NCBI GenBank assembly: GCA_964344965.1
Contig: CAYFPJ010000007.1
Span: 1-48,273 of the forward strand
Reading direction: 5' to 3'
Length of the DNA: 48,273 nucleotides
Source: an uncultured Gammaproteobacteria bacterium
Lineage (GTDB): Bacteria; Patescibacteriota; Patescibacteriia; Magasanikbacterales; UBA922
The position numbers and the translations under genes are program-made. The notes under the pieces were generated by a model, which searched no databases, had not been told where the DNA came from, and was given only the letters and a program-made list of their open reading frames with translations. This document shows, in pieces, positions 48,232 through 48,273 of the stretch (within the stretch, counting starts at the first letter, position 1; each line of letters starts with the position of its first letter).

Positions 48232-48273
48232 AATAAAAGTAAATTTGGTTTAAGTAAGACTTCATCGGGCCAT
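48232..48273 (-). mobile_element. 148-nt MITE-like repeat, copy 5 (inverted, truncated by the window edge)
   Basis: aataaaagtaaatttggtttaagtaagacttcatcgggccat is the exact reverse complement of the last 42 nt of the other copies. Confidence 0.8.

Overview
The window is an AT-rich bacterial chromosome segment around the replication origin. rpmH-rnpA-yidD lies divergent from dnaA-dnaN, with a DnaA-box cluster between them. Gene content and style suggest a Candidate Phyla Radiation / Patescibacteria-type genome, though that is inference and no homology search was possible. The supporting signs are a DUF5667 acidic protein, a four-helix-bundle (23S rRNA IVS-family) gene, a pilB-pilC-pilM-pilN-pilO cluster, and start codons that mostly lack a Shine-Dalgarno (SD) motif.

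Recognisable genes:
- Cell envelope and chaperone: class A PBP, trigger factor, LysM-M23 peptidase, 3D-domain protein, YceI-like protein.
- DNA and RNA functions: ComM/YifB, RmuC, YchF, an RNA methylase, rpsF-ssb-rpsR, and three tRNAs (Cys-GCA, Arg-CCU, Ala-GGC).
- Accessory-type genes: two type II toxin-antitoxin pairs, and two TrmB regulators flanking a methyltransferase/class-V aminotransferase fusion.
- Transport and metabolism: a PEP-utilizing-domain protein, an ABC-2 exporter, a VIT1 transporter, a class I GATase and an ATP-grasp protein.

The most unusual content is non-genic:
1. A 148-nt block occurs in five copies. Four are complete and base-for-base identical. It is MITE-like and strongly structured. 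One copy splits an amidohydrolase gene and one supplies the stop codon of a pilus-operon ORF.
2. Two tandem minus-strand units each combine a Met-codon-rich mini-ORF with alternative antiterminator/terminator hairpins. This is a candidate ribosome-mediated attenuator.
3. Downstream of those units lies a visibly GC-rich array of near-perfect hairpins of unknown identity.
4. A visibly GC-rich, SD-bearing histidine-phosphatase cassette sits in AT-rich surroundings.
5. A family of word-like inverted-repeat elements occurs in intergenic regions. One carries the four-helix-bundle gene, which has an in-frame TAG.
6. Decayed 5' fragments of tRNA genes lie just upstream of two intact tRNAs.

All family assignments come from motif recognition by eye. 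GC statements are visual estimates, not computed values.
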